Positions 51,743 through 62,662 of a stretch of 64,000 nt of DNA are shown here, piece after piece. Location of the stretch: NCBI GenBank assembly GCA_024704765.1, contig JAKMXF010000111.1, forward strand, positions 1,623,627 to 1,687,626, given 5' to 3'. The translations under genes and the position numbers were made by a program. Within the stretch, counting starts at the first letter, position 1. Each line of letters begins with the position of its first letter. The DNA is from Oopsacas minuta. Its lineage: Eukaryota; Animalia; Porifera. Below the pieces are notes generated by a model, which had not been told where the DNA came from, did not search any database, and saw only the letters and a list, made by a program, of their open reading frames with translations.

Positions 51743-54700
51743 TTACTGGATAATTAGAGTAAATTCGTATTCTTGATCAGTTCCCAAATAAGAATCAGAC
51801 ATTAAATAAAGAGTGAATGGATATTTTCCTGGTGTCGATGGGGAATCAAATTCTAGCCTAATCTTAGATTTCATTGTTAAATTAACTCTCTTGATAACTT
51901 TAATAATATTCTTGGCAATATCTCCTACTACCAACCACCAACCTTCTTCGCGTTTCTTGGGAAAGAAGGGTGCAATTACATTTAACCCAATAAACTCAGC
52001 TCTCTCTAAACTGACTTGTAATAGAATCATATCGCCAGCGAATATTTCTGATGGATTTGAAATAGTAAATTGTAGTTCAATATTGGGGTAGTGGTTACAA
52101 AATAATGCGACCTCTGCAAGATGGCTTTCTTCCATCTGCAATAATTTAAATCTACGATCTTCTTCCAATTCAATCAAATCGTAAATACTTTCAATGCCTA
52201 CTGACTTGCACTCCTGTATGACACTCGGAGAAAAGAATGGTAATTGTTTCAATAAGCTCTCCTTGTTCCACTGAGCTTGAGTAATCATTTGAGATAGTTC
52301 CATGGTATTAAGTACAGGAGAAAGCCAGCCGAAACTACTAAGTACATCCACACTAGAATAAATGAGACGTAGAGCTATCTGAACAACCTCCTCGCAGTCT
52401 TGTTGCAATTCAAGTGGGAGGGTGAATCTACTTATGTGAGCCTGGAGTAATAAGTTTGCTTTGATGTGGGGATCTGAATAGGATGTGTCGTCAGTTAACT
52501 TGAGAGGAATCTTAGTAGAAAGTTGGCTCAAATATTTATCCTCATTATGCCTCACTGGGAGGTTAGAAAATTCACCTGCAGATGCTATTATTTCAATTAA
52601 ACCCCTAATTTTTGTATTCTCTTTCAAAGAATTGGCAAACATCTCTAACGAAACGCAGCTCACATAAAAATAAGCACCGATTATTCCAAGATTAGTAGGA
52701 TTTACAGTAATCTCGTTTTCAATTGTAAGACAACTACATTGTTGTAAATGTGAAAGACATGACTCAATCAATTCAGATAAAAAGTCGCATAAGTGATGAT
52801 GGCTCGTACCTTGGAGGCCATAAAAATTTGGATTTAATGTAAGCCTCCGATAAAGGAATGTCCATGTGATATAGTCCACAGCGTCTTGTTTGTTTTCAAT
52901 ATTCTTGGTTACAATCTCTGCATTAAGATGGTCATTGAGATATTGCACTAGTCGAGATTCTACCACTAAAGGCTCAGATAAAAACTTCTGAAGGAACTTC
53001 TTTTTACTATTTTGACAAAAGATAATGGATTTCGATACATTTTGTATGTAAGGCAGATTCGCTCTGCCAATCATGTGCAAGATGTGAGTTATTGGGAGGT
53101 CAATGTAGCTATGAGTTCTTCCATCATAGTAAACTGTATCAACAAGAATAACAAGGTTGGCATATGATTTAACATAGAAGCAGAACGAAAAGGAAGCAAT
53201 AAGAAGTTTTATTTTTCCAATAAGAAAGAGGCTCTCCACAATGTTTCTTTCACATTTAGACATCCCTTCATGAATATAACCGACGCCATGTCCTAATGTT
53301 TGTGTAAGAGTATAATCTCCTACTCCTTCTAACCTCGAAATTATATCTGTTTCGCTACCTACTAAAAATTTCAGAGGATTGTTTTCTGAAGCAAGAAATG
53401 AAAGAATATCTATAGCTGTTAGCTTTGCTAGTGTTTTAGACGGTACAAATATAAGAACTGAAGTGCCTTTAGGTTGATATGATATACAATGATACAATGG
53501 CTTTGTCATTGCTAACAGACGAGAAGGCACATTATTATAATTAAATGTTTCAAAGTTAAGCTCAAGAGGTATCGGCCTCACTGAATTACCAAAAGCAAAA
53601 ATTCCTCTACTAGATATGCCCAACCACTGAGCAAGATCCTTAGCATTAGATACAGAACCACTCAAACCAATAATACGAATTTCTTTCATCAATTGATTAG
53701 ACATAAATCTCATACGAGATGCTATTATCTCAATTATTGGACCAGTCTCATAGTCTATGAGGTGTAGATGATCAATTATAAACATTGATATATTTTGAAC
53801 ATATTTCCGCTGTCTCCATCTTCTAGAAAGGTTATCCCATTGAAAAGGAGTACTAACAATCAGGTTAGCTTCTCGAATAAGCTTAAGATCAATATTAGTA
53901 TCTCCAGTTAAGCGAACTAGATTGATATTTAACAAGTTGGTAAATATGGGGTGCCATTTCTCATACATAATATCGGCCAGATGATCATTTGGTGTTACAA
54001 ACAAACACCTGCCTTTAGGTTCCTTTGTAAACATACGTAATAAAGCTAGCTCAGCACAAACAGTTTTCCCACTTCCAGAAGGTGCCCCAATTAAAATACT
54101 CTCATCAGTATTGTAAAGATGATTGAAAGTCTGTGTTTGTATTGAATTAAATGTTGAAAACTGATTAGAATAAATACTCTCAAACTCAGGACGTCTAAGA
54201 GCAGAGATTGGGAGAGGTTGGAGATCTAAAAGAGTGGTGGCTGGAAGAGACTTTACTGGGAGAATAAGATGTCGGAAGGAAATGGGTAGAAGTGTTTCTG
54301 ATCCAATCCATGTATCAGATATAACTCTAATAAAGTATTGTGGGGGAATTGGTTCGATAATATTTACGAAAAAGTTAATACGATGTTCTTGTTGAACTTT
54401 ATACTTCTTTAAAATAAAGTATTCATAGTGGAGCAGTAACTCTCCATCAACATCTTCGACTAATATCCAGAATCCTTGAAATTCGCCATGGATTTTTTCA
54501 TCCCATTGGAAATCAGGCATGATGATAAGTTCAACGAGCAAAGAAGACCTTGTAACCGGTTGAATTTGAGTTGAGAGCTCAAGTTTTGGAAATTTGTGAA
54601 TAAGTTTGTGCAAAACCTTTCCAAGCCTAGGATTCCTCACTAATTCGCCAATTTCATGATGAGATAGATCTTGTAATCGATCCCATGAAAAATCCTTTGA

Positions 54701-57700
54701 TTCTATCTTGCGTAGAACATCTGGCGAAAGTTTAGCAAATTGCCGAAATGGTGTCATTGACTTCCACATGCGCTTTTCTACCATTTTACAAAGTGTCAAA
54801 CATCGTTCAGCAAGAAGAGTCCATCCTTTGAATAGTGATACTTCAAATAATGCTCGTAATAGCCTACCCGCAGATTGAGTGACATACACCATGTCAGACA
54901 TCAGAGCGAATCCGTCCAACTGTATTTGAGAAATATAGACCTGGAGGAGAACATTTATTTTAGCAGTTGGTTCTTCATATCCTTCCTTTATTGGAACTGG
55001 CACAATTTCTGTAAGCTTTTTAATTTCAACTTTTTCCTCATCACGTACTGCAACAAAACGGAATTCAGTGGATAAAGAAAAGATTCGAAAAATCTCTATT
55101 TCAGTGAGATTTGACTTGAGCAATTTGTTATAGATGGCAGTAGTTTCATTAGTAAGGTAAAAATAACTTGCTATTCTTCCATATTCAGTGGAGTAAAAAG
55201 TTCCAGTTTTCTTTTCATATCTAATAAGATTATTCTTCTCAAGTTGAAGGGCTGCGGTATGAATTAGACTTGAGCGATGTTGTTCTAACAAATGGTCATT
55301 CTCAATTGTTTCAGAAGAGATGTTGTAAAGAGAAGGATTACGAAGCATTCTGATAAAGAGATAAGTGTAGCTTAACCAGTGAACTCCTTCTTGAATAGTA
55401 GAAACATTATTTAACACTATTTCAGCATTAAGATTATCTACTAAATTTTTAATGAAATGGCTTTCAATAGGTAGTTGTTGATTCATGAGTGAGAGGTAAT
55501 ATTGAAGTTCTCCATGATTTGTGATCAATATACCATGTCCCTTTTTATCATGCTGTGGCCTACCGGCTCTCCCAAGCATCTGTAGACAATTTAACAAGCC
55601 AAGTTCGATCCAACGGCCCTTTTCGGGGGAATACACTTGTGTTCCTTTAATAATAACAGCATGTGCTGGGAGGTTGACACCCCATGCAAGAGTTGCAGTT
55701 GAAAACAATATTTGAATATGTCTATCTTCGAACAAATCTTCAACTAGAGTTCTATCTAACTTAGTAAGTCCTGCATGGTGGATAGCAAACCCATAGGGTA
55801 ACAGATCTTTGAGTTTAGAATCCAAAACTTGCATAGCTTCTGAACGCAGGACCTCTGTGCTAGCCGATCCCTCCTTAAGGAATTTACCTATAGTGTCTCG
55901 TTGAAGAGCCATGTCGAGAATTTCTTTAGCAGTTTTCCAAGTCTCCTTTCGTGAATGAACGAATACCAACACTTGATGCCTCCCAGCAAACTCCAATACT
56001 TTGTCATAAACTACATCATTCATCAGCTGGTAACGTTTCAGGCCTTTTTTTTCAGTGATTCCTATATAGTGCTGCTCTAGAGGGACAGGCCGATAAGAAT
56101 TATTAAAATTAAATAAACCTTTCTTTGGGTCAACTTTCAGAAAGATTGCTATGTCCTCAAAGTTGGGAAGAGTGGCAGATAATCCGACTATCCTAACATG
56201 CTCTTGAGTGGAATCTATCTGTATGTTGGTGCGAGCTACAATGGACTCCAACACGGGACCACGCTCATCATGCAAGAGGTGTACTTCGTCAATAATGATA
56301 AGGCGGACGAATTGGGTAAAAGACTTCTCATGACCTTTTCTTGTAATAATGTCCCATTTTTCAGGAGTACAAACAATGATATTTGTTTCTCTAGCATTTT
56401 CTTTGCTTAATTGATTATCTCCTGTCATTTCGTCTACAATGATACCATAGTGTCCTAATCTCTTTTTAAAATTCAATACAACCTCATGAACTAGAGATTT
56501 CATAGGTGCAATATAGATGATTTTCATGTTATCGAAGCTATATGAACCTGATTCACTCAAATGTTTACTTACCTCTCGTAGAATACACAAAAGTGCCACG
56601 TTAGTCTTACCAGCTCCAGTAGGAGCACATAACAACAAATTGTCATCACTATTAATAGCTATATCCGCAAGTCTACTCTGTATCCTATTCAGAGATTTAT
56701 AGCCTACTAATGAAAATGCAGGTTGTGCCCAGGTAGGGAGAGATGATATCGCTACGAGAGATTCACCTGGGTTAACTGCTTTCTTAACACCTGGTACATG
56801 AACCTCTTCATATCCTTTCTTAGATTGTCTGTAGGATCCATCTGGTAATTCACAACGTTTGTTGACCATGAGTTGTGAACAGTGTGGAAATGAGAATTGA
56901 GTGAGATTTAAAGCTGTATATGCAGCAACTGAGTCCTCTCTCTGGTTATAATCCTTAGTGGCTAATCTTTTTTCCCTGCTTCTACCATCAATAGTTGCTT
57001 GTAATCCTTTATTACTCTGTTTAATCAAGTCTAACACATGTGAATGTGATGGGTTCTCTTGGATAGAAGCTTCAATCTGCTTCCTTTCTGAATCTGTAGA
57101 AGCTCGCTGCAGTAAGGTACAGTATAGAATTATAAGTCGGTGAGAAGAGAGAAGTTTTATGAATGAGAAACAATCAGAGCCCAACAGTAGCACTAACTTA
57201 TTTTCGCATTCACCTTCATCTCTAGCTTCCCGCAGAATAGAAAGGATATCCTCAGTTATACGGAGGGAGTTTTCAGCATCACGACAAAATGTATTAACTT
57301 TACGCTGCAGCCAGTATGCGTCAATAGCAACCGGATCTAGCTCTTTCAACTCTAAAGAGGGATCAGTTAAGTCGGCAGCGTAAGAGCTGCTGTGTAGATG
57401 AGACTCTTCTTCAGAGTCATGTTCAGAATCAATTTCTTCTCTTACTTCATGACCATCATGAATTTCATCTCCCGAATCTTCAAAGAAGACCACGTTAATG
57501 TTTGAATTAGTCTCCATCTCCTCTTTCTCAGGTGCTGCACCTGCTACCCCGAATCCTTTGTCTGAGAAAGAGACGAGCGTGGTAATCAAGTTATAAAGTT
57601 CTGTATATTGCTTGGGAGTGACATCACCCAGTAGCGAAAGTATTTCATTGTGTTTATCAGATGCAGATATTTTAGGGTCATTAATAGTCATAATTATCTC

Positions 57701-58087
57701 TTCAGCAGCTCCTACTAGGACATCATTTGGTTGATCTCCAATAAATCGCTTAATAAAATTTAAAAGAAACTCAAAATGAGTTCTAGACTGAGGTAGAGAG
57801 TGAAAAGATGAAATCGGATCTTCAGAAAAGAGTGATTCTCTTAGGTGAACTGAAGTATTCTCAATAGAATCAAGCTTATGACGCTTTGAAGCTATTTCTT
57901 CAGGTGGTTTACTTCTTTGACTTTTATCCCCCATCCGAATGCCAGATAGGTTCCCAGTAAGTGATTTTACTTCTCCTGTCGACTCATCGCGTCTCCTAAC
58001 ATCAATCAAAGAACGATCGGCAGTAAGCACGAGGTTACTATTATATTTGTATTCATATTGAGATTCTCTAGCCTTGGTATTAGCCAT
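51743..58087 (-). CDS. SNRNP200: U5 snRNP 200-kDa helicase Brr2, intronless
   Basis: 2114-aa uninterrupted ORF. Conserved N-terminus (QYEYKYNSNLVLTADRSLID), PWI-like region and two Ski2-like helicase plus Sec63 cassettes (APTGAGKT with DEVH; APSGSGKT). Conserved C-terminus KREEGWWLVVGD...LYLMSDSYLGTDQEYEF. Confidence 0.98.
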   Translation of the reverse strand: MANTKARESQYEYKYNSNLVLTADRSLIDVRRRDESTGEVKSLTGNLSGIRMGDKSQRSKPPEEIASKRHKLDSIENTSVHLRESLFSEDPISSFHSLPQSRTHFEFLLNFIKRFIGDQPNDVLVGAAEEIIMTINDPKISASDKHNEILSLLGDVTPKQYTELYNLITTLVSFSDKGFGVAGAAPEKEEMETNSNINVVFFEDSGDEIHDGHEVREEIDSEHDSEEESHLHSSSYAADLTDPSLELKELDPVAIDAYWLQRKVNTFCRDAENSLRITEDILSILREARDEGECENKLVLLLGSDCFSFIKLLSSHRLIILYCTLLQRASTDSERKQIEASIQENPSHSHVLDLIKQSNKGLQATIDGRSREKRLATKDYNQREDSVAAYTALNLTQFSFPHCSQLMVNKRCELPDGSYRQSKKGYEEVHVPGVKKAVNPGESLVAISSLPTWAQPAFSLVGYKSLNRIQSRLADIAINSDDNLLLCAPTGAGKTNVALLCILREVSKHLSESGSYSFDNMKIIYIAPMKSLVHEVVLNFKKRLGHYGIIVDEMTGDNQLSKENARETNIIVCTPEKWDIITRKGHEKSFTQFVRLIIIDEVHLLHDERGPVLESIVARTNIQIDSTQEHVRIVGLSATLPNFEDIAIFLKVDPKKGLFNFNNSYRPVPLEQHYIGITEKKGLKRYQLMNDVVYDKVLEFAGRHQVLVFVHSRKETWKTAKEILDMALQRDTIGKFLKEGSASTEVLRSEAMQVLDSKLKDLLPYGFAIHHAGLTKLDRTLVEDLFEDRHIQILFSTATLAWGVNLPAHAVIIKGTQVYSPEKGRWIELGLLNCLQMLGRAGRPQHDKKGHGILITNHGELQYYLSLMNQQLPIESHFIKNLVDNLNAEIVLNNVSTIQEGVHWLSYTYLFIRMLRNPSLYNISSETIENDHLLEQHRSSLIHTAALQLEKNNLIRYEKKTGTFYSTEYGRIASYFYLTNETTAIYNKLLKSNLTEIEIFRIFSLSTEFRFVAVRDEEKVEIKKLTEIVPVPIKEGYEEPTAKINVLLQVYISQIQLDGFALMSDMVYVTQSAGRLLRALFEVSLFKGWTLLAERCLTLCKMVEKRMWKSMTPFRQFAKLSPDVLRKIESKDFSWDRLQDLSHHEIGELVRNPRLGKVLHKLIHKFPKLELSTQIQPVTRSSLLVELIIMPDFQWDEKIHGEFQGFWILVEDVDGELLLHYEYFILKKYKVQQEHRINFFVNIIEPIPPQYFIRVISDTWIGSETLLPISFRHLILPVKSLPATTLLDLQPLPISALRRPEFESIYSNQFSTFNSIQTQTFNHLYNTDESILIGAPSGSGKTVCAELALLRMFTKEPKGRCLFVTPNDHLADIMYEKWHPIFTNLLNINLVRLTGDTNIDLKLIREANLIVSTPFQWDNLSRRWRQRKYVQNISMFIIDHLHLIDYETGPIIEIIASRMRFMSNQLMKEIRIIGLSGSVSNAKDLAQWLGISSRGIFAFGNSVRPIPLELNFETFNYNNVPSRLLAMTKPLYHCISYQPKGTSVLIFVPSKTLAKLTAIDILSFLASENNPLKFLVGSETDIISRLEGVGDYTLTQTLGHGVGYIHEGMSKCERNIVESLFLIGKIKLLIASFSFCFYVKSYANLVILVDTVYYDGRTHSYIDLPITHILHMIGRANLPYIQNVSKSIIFCQNSKKKFLQKFLSEPLVVESRLVQYLNDHLNAEIVTKNIENKQDAVDYITWTFLYRRLTLNPNFYGLQGTSHHHLCDFLSELIESCLSHLQQCSCLTIENEITVNPTNLGIIGAYFYVSCVSLEMFANSLKENTKIRGLIEIIASAGEFSNLPVRHNEDKYLSQLSTKIPLKLTDDTSYSDPHIKANLLLQAHISRFTLPLELQQDCEEVVQIALRLIYSSVDVLSSFGWLSPVLNTMELSQMITQAQWNKESLLKQLPFFSPSVIQECKSVGIESIYDLIELEEDRRFKLLQMEESHLAEVALFCNHYPNIELQFTISNPSEIFAGDMILLQVSLERAEFIGLNVIAPFFPKKREEGWWLVVGDIAKNIIKVIKRVNLTMKSKIRLEFDSPSTPGKYPFTLYLMSDSYLGTDQEYEFTLIIQ

Positions 58088-58735
58088 TCAAATGAAAACT
58101 GCTAAATAATGAAAAAATAAATGTAGTGAATACAGCATAAGGAATTAGGGAAATTTGGCCAAATATTCCCAGCCTATATTATCATCACCGTGCCGACAAT
58201 GCTATATATAGTATAGTAGCCCAATAAATGAGGTGGCCGTTAAGCAGTTTTGGTTCGGCTGTATATGTAAATTTAATATAATTGAACAAAATTTTAGTTT
58301 AAAAGAATCTCGAATCACCAACTGTGCCAACTTAAATTTCACCAAATTATTTCGAAGTGCCGATATTACTAACCAAAAGCGACACAGCATTTCCAGTGTC
58401 ACCAGAGGAGGCCATTGAATGCAATTTGGATAGACCATGGATAATAAAAGCTTAAAATTTTAACTATCCTGTGAATTAGAGGCACGTAGTGCCGAGTTTA
58501 TTCTGTCGTTTAGAGACCAATATCGATATAAAGTTTAGCTGTTCAGTAAAGCAAAACTGGAGCAGAAAACTGTTGCGCAGCGACCTAGCAAGCGAAGCGC
58601 GCTAGTATTCATTAATCCTTTAATAGAACGATAAAATATCATTATTTATTATGTTTGAATATCTACGATTATGATACCCCTAATTGTATTGTTTTCCCTC
58701 TACTTTCTCCCTCATACCCTCGTATGGTCACAATA

Positions 58736-60047
58736 ACGAGTGAGCACTAAAATTTTAGACATATTTTATAGTTCACCATAACAACGAGATATTTCCAAAT
58801 TCATAAATCTTTGTTCACCAATGCATTATTTGTATATAGATTTCAAATTCAATCCATTTTCGATTATTTTAGAACATAGCATCTGGAGATGGATCATTTG
58901 AAAGTGACACAACGGCGACACATTATTGGACAATTTTTTCGTAAAAATTATGAGCATGGGATTTCTTATACAGTTAAGCATTTTTTGGCGTTTGGAATCG
59001 CAAGATCTACTATCAAGAATAGAGGAACCCTAAACAGGAAGTTGGGTAGCGGTCGCAAGTCTGTCAAAATGCCCAAGAGGCTCCGGCGATCTCTATTGTA
59101 TAAAATTAGCAATAAAATAGGAGTCTCCACCAGAAAAATCGCTCGAAAATTCGATATCTCTCAATCATATGTTCGTAAGATTATCAAAGAGAATGGTGTT
59201 ACATATCGTAAACGTAAGCGAGTCCCAGATAGCAAACCCGAACAAGAATTGAGGGCTAAGTCCAGGTGTCTAAAATTACGGAGAGACTTTTTCCCCTATC
59301 AAGCACAATTCAAATTGTAATGGATGACGAATCGTATTTCGGACTAAAGGATGACAATATCAATGTCAATAAGGGTTATTATACTTCAGAATCTCTCTCA
59401 GCCAAGTCTCTGAATCCTAGAATCAGTTATATTCGTAAATCCAAGTACCCACCTAAACTTTTAATTTGGTTAGCAATTTCGAAAGAAGGCATATCGGAGC
59501 CATACTTTTGTCCTCGGAATCTTTCAGTTACTGGCGAAATTTACCGAAATCAATGCATAAAAAGCATCTAATTCCTTTCTTAGAAAAGTTTCATGATGAG
59601 GGCGAATATTACTTCTGGCCTGATCTAGCAAGTAGCCATTATGCGAAAGATACGCTTAAACTTCTTGAAGATCTAAATATCCCATATATTCCAAAATCTG
59701 CTACCCTCCTAATACACCTCAATTAAGGCCAATTGAGGATTTCTGGGGTTATTTGAAATCCAAAGTTTATGAAGGTGGGTGGGAAGCTAAATCCTTCAGA
59801 AGGTTGAAGCAAAGGATTCGGAAATCAATCAGGCAAGTGGAATTTTCAATTGTCTAAAGGCTATTTTCAAGTGTCAAGACGAATATCCGAAAATCTGCAG
59901 ACAATGGTCCATTAGCAGCGATCCATTGAGTTCTAGCTAAATTAAAATGTAATTAAACAGATATAATCGAAATATACAATACTCTGTTGATAATTGATAC
60001 ATGCTCAAACAGGATGAAATTTGTCTAATTTTTTAGTGCTCACCCGT
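58736..60047 (+). mobile_element. Full-length but frameshifted DD37E (ITmD37E-like) Tc1/mariner-superfamily element
   Basis: TA-flanked TIRs ACGAGTGAGCACTAAAATTTTAGACA / TGTCTAATTTTTTAGTGCTCACCCGT. Transposase pieces 58889-59900 include GSGRK, IVMDDESYF and FWPDLASSHYAK...PQLRPIEDFWG. The D-to-E spacing is 37 if one deleted base is restored. Confidence 0.9.
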
Positions 60048-60620
60048 TACAACAAAAACGAAATAGCTAGATTTAAAATTAATTAGTTTTCTTTGCTAAT
60101 GTTTACAAGGAATGTTTTTTGTTGTAAATAGATGTCGCTGACTTGGTTCATAATCAAAGCATGGCTCAATATCATCTTCGATTATTCAATGATAAAAGAA
60201 AAAATATTTGAACTCAATTTAGGCTGCGGAACCGGTCAGGCAGGTCATGCAATTGCCTGACCACTTTTTGGCTTGTCATATACATTTGTATGGGAGCCAT
60301 GAACACTAGCATTTTTTGCCTGACCACTGTTAATTTGCTTCCGTCGGGCCTGTAAATAAATAGGAAATAAAAATATTAAGAATAATGGAACAAAGAATCA
60401 TAACTATATTACAAGAGAAGTGTAGAATGAATTTTAGAATAATATTAGTACAGTATAGCCAGACTCATTTGAGTGGTCACAAGTCTGAATAATTTGGTTG
60501 AGATGCACTCGAAATTTCAAGTAATATTAGTAAAAAATCTATTATTTTCTACCTCAATGCCATCAAATCTAGATATAGAACAATTCGTGTCCTCTAAGAA
60601 TTACCACTATTTCGGGAGTA

Positions 60621-61950
60621 TCAGGGCGTTCAATAAATCTAGTGGGTTATGATATGTCTCAGGGATTAGTCAAGTAATATATCTAACTTTCATATATTAT
60701 AAGCCCATATAGTTAAACTCCATATACTGAAAGTTTCAAGCATATTCAATACAAATTATGAATTTTTGAGATAGTTACGTGTAGTCAATTTATACCCACT
60801 GTTGAATTTATGGCTCCAAAGGATGATAATTTCAACCTCAAATGGCGAGCTTACATAGAGTTTCGCACAATACTCAAGATCCAGCCCGTACAGATCTTCA
60901 GTGAGTTACAGGAGATATTGTACGTGATTGTCCTTCCAGATTTACTGTAGAGCGATGGGCTGCCAGTTTTAGATCTGGTGATGCTGATGTCACAGATTTG
61001 CCTCGATCTGGAAAACCGGTATCCGCCACCACTTCAGAGAATATCGCACTCATTGAAAGTATGGTCATGGAAGACAAGTGCATTACTGTCAATCAGTTAG
61101 AACAAAGAATGGAGATTTCATCGGGAGCTATTCATACAATTCTGACGACTGAGCTTGGCTACCGATCGATTTGTGGGAAATGGGTCCCGCATAAGCTGAG
61201 TGAGAATCAAAGGTTGGCACGATTGAATATTGCCAAGAAACTCTTGGAAACTTATGAGAACTGCGATTCTAGGCGCCTAACAGAGATTATTACTGGTGAC
61301 GAGACGTGGGTATACTATTCAACACCATATAGCAAGTATAAGAAGCGATCATGGGTGAGGGGCGACGAACAACCGGCGAAAATTCCTAGGCTCGACTTCA
61401 GAACCTAAGATTATGTATACCATCTTCTTCAGTAGTCATGGAATTGTCTTGCAATTACCTTGTGAGAGTGGCAAAGCTGTTACTGCTACTTTCTTTACAG
61501 AGCAAGTGCTTCCAAATTTGATAAAATATAGAAAAGTACCTCCCGAAAACCGGAACTCGAGGAATGAAGATTTTAATTGATAACGCCAGTTCCCATACAG
61601 CTAAGCTTACCAAAAATTTCTTGGATGTAGAAGGGTTAGAATTACTTCCCCATCCACCATACTCACCAGACCTAGCCCCGTGTGATTTTTGGCTATTCCC
61701 CAAGCTTAAAATCTACCTTCAAGGCAAAGATTTTAACACATTACAAGCACTCGGAACGGGCCTGTACCAGTACTCCAAATCCATCCCCGGAGGAGAGTAC
61801 AGAAATGTGTTTTACACGTGGGTGGAAAGGTTAAAACTTTGTGTATCTGCAGGAGGGGATTACTTTGAATAAATAATATAGTGAATTAGTGTGTATAGTG
61901 TTTGTATCATATTCTATGATATCACCCGCAAAACTTATTGAACGCCCTAG
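60621..61950 (+). mobile_element. Full-length, frameshifted mariner (DD34D) element
   Basis: TA-flanked TIRs (AGGGCGTTCAATAA / TTATTGAACGCCCT). Transposase 60810-61872 has WVPHKL, IITGDETWVYY and DNASSH...HPPYSPDLAPCD, with 34 residues between the last two Asp. Confidence 0.93.
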
Positions 61951-62627
61951 TACCATCACGATGGAATGAGGAAGAAAAAGATACAATTTGAAGAAAGTTC
62001 AAATCAGCCACAAAATAGTAAAGTCAACTTTGTAGTCTACATACTTATCCCATGTTAGTTGACTTTTAGCTTAGGCATTGTAGTCATTTTGTACGTAGCG
62101 AATGAAAATTATTAAAAATACATAGGAAAACAATTTGCATTGTAGAGTCAGATTTTATCTACATAAATGGGCGAAGTTAGGGGAGGGCTAATTATGAACA
62201 GTTTGACCTCCAGAATCAAGTTCGAAGAAGAACACCAGTCAGGATGATTACTACGTCTGGTGCCACTTGTATCTAAGTGGAAGATACAGTATATCCTGAG
62301 GGTGATAACTCATTATTATGCGTAAGAAGCCATATACTAGTTAACGCTAAACTGCAATAATACACAACTTAAGTCATAGATTGTAAATCGCCAACATTTC
62401 CCAATTGACAACATCCCGCACAACAAACACGCTGATATTTGTGGCTCCTATCACGTCTTGATCTATTTGGACCTCTCTAAGTGATCCAAGTCTCGCCTTT
62501 TGTTCCTCAAGACGATATCCCGCTCTTCAGCTGTATTATTCCCACGTCTCAAGCGGTTCCGCTATGCTACATTGAGAAACATACGTGGAATATTCTCTTT
62601 CGAGATATCAAATCAATAAATAATATA

Positions 62628-62662
62628 CAGTCAAGGTACAAAAGTATTCGACCACACAAATA
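62628..62662. mobile_element. TIR fragment of a second Tc1-type element, interrupted by the 62663 insertion
   Basis: TA|CAGTCAAGGTACAAAAGTATTCGACCACACAAATA is close to the terminus of the 50064-50975 MITE. Confidence 0.8.

Noticed and set aside
51813-57383. Short plus-strand ORFs inside SNRNP200 (likewise those antisense to PIGW, TBCE and the transposases)
   Set aside because: These are antisense shadows of long coding regions with no independent motifs.
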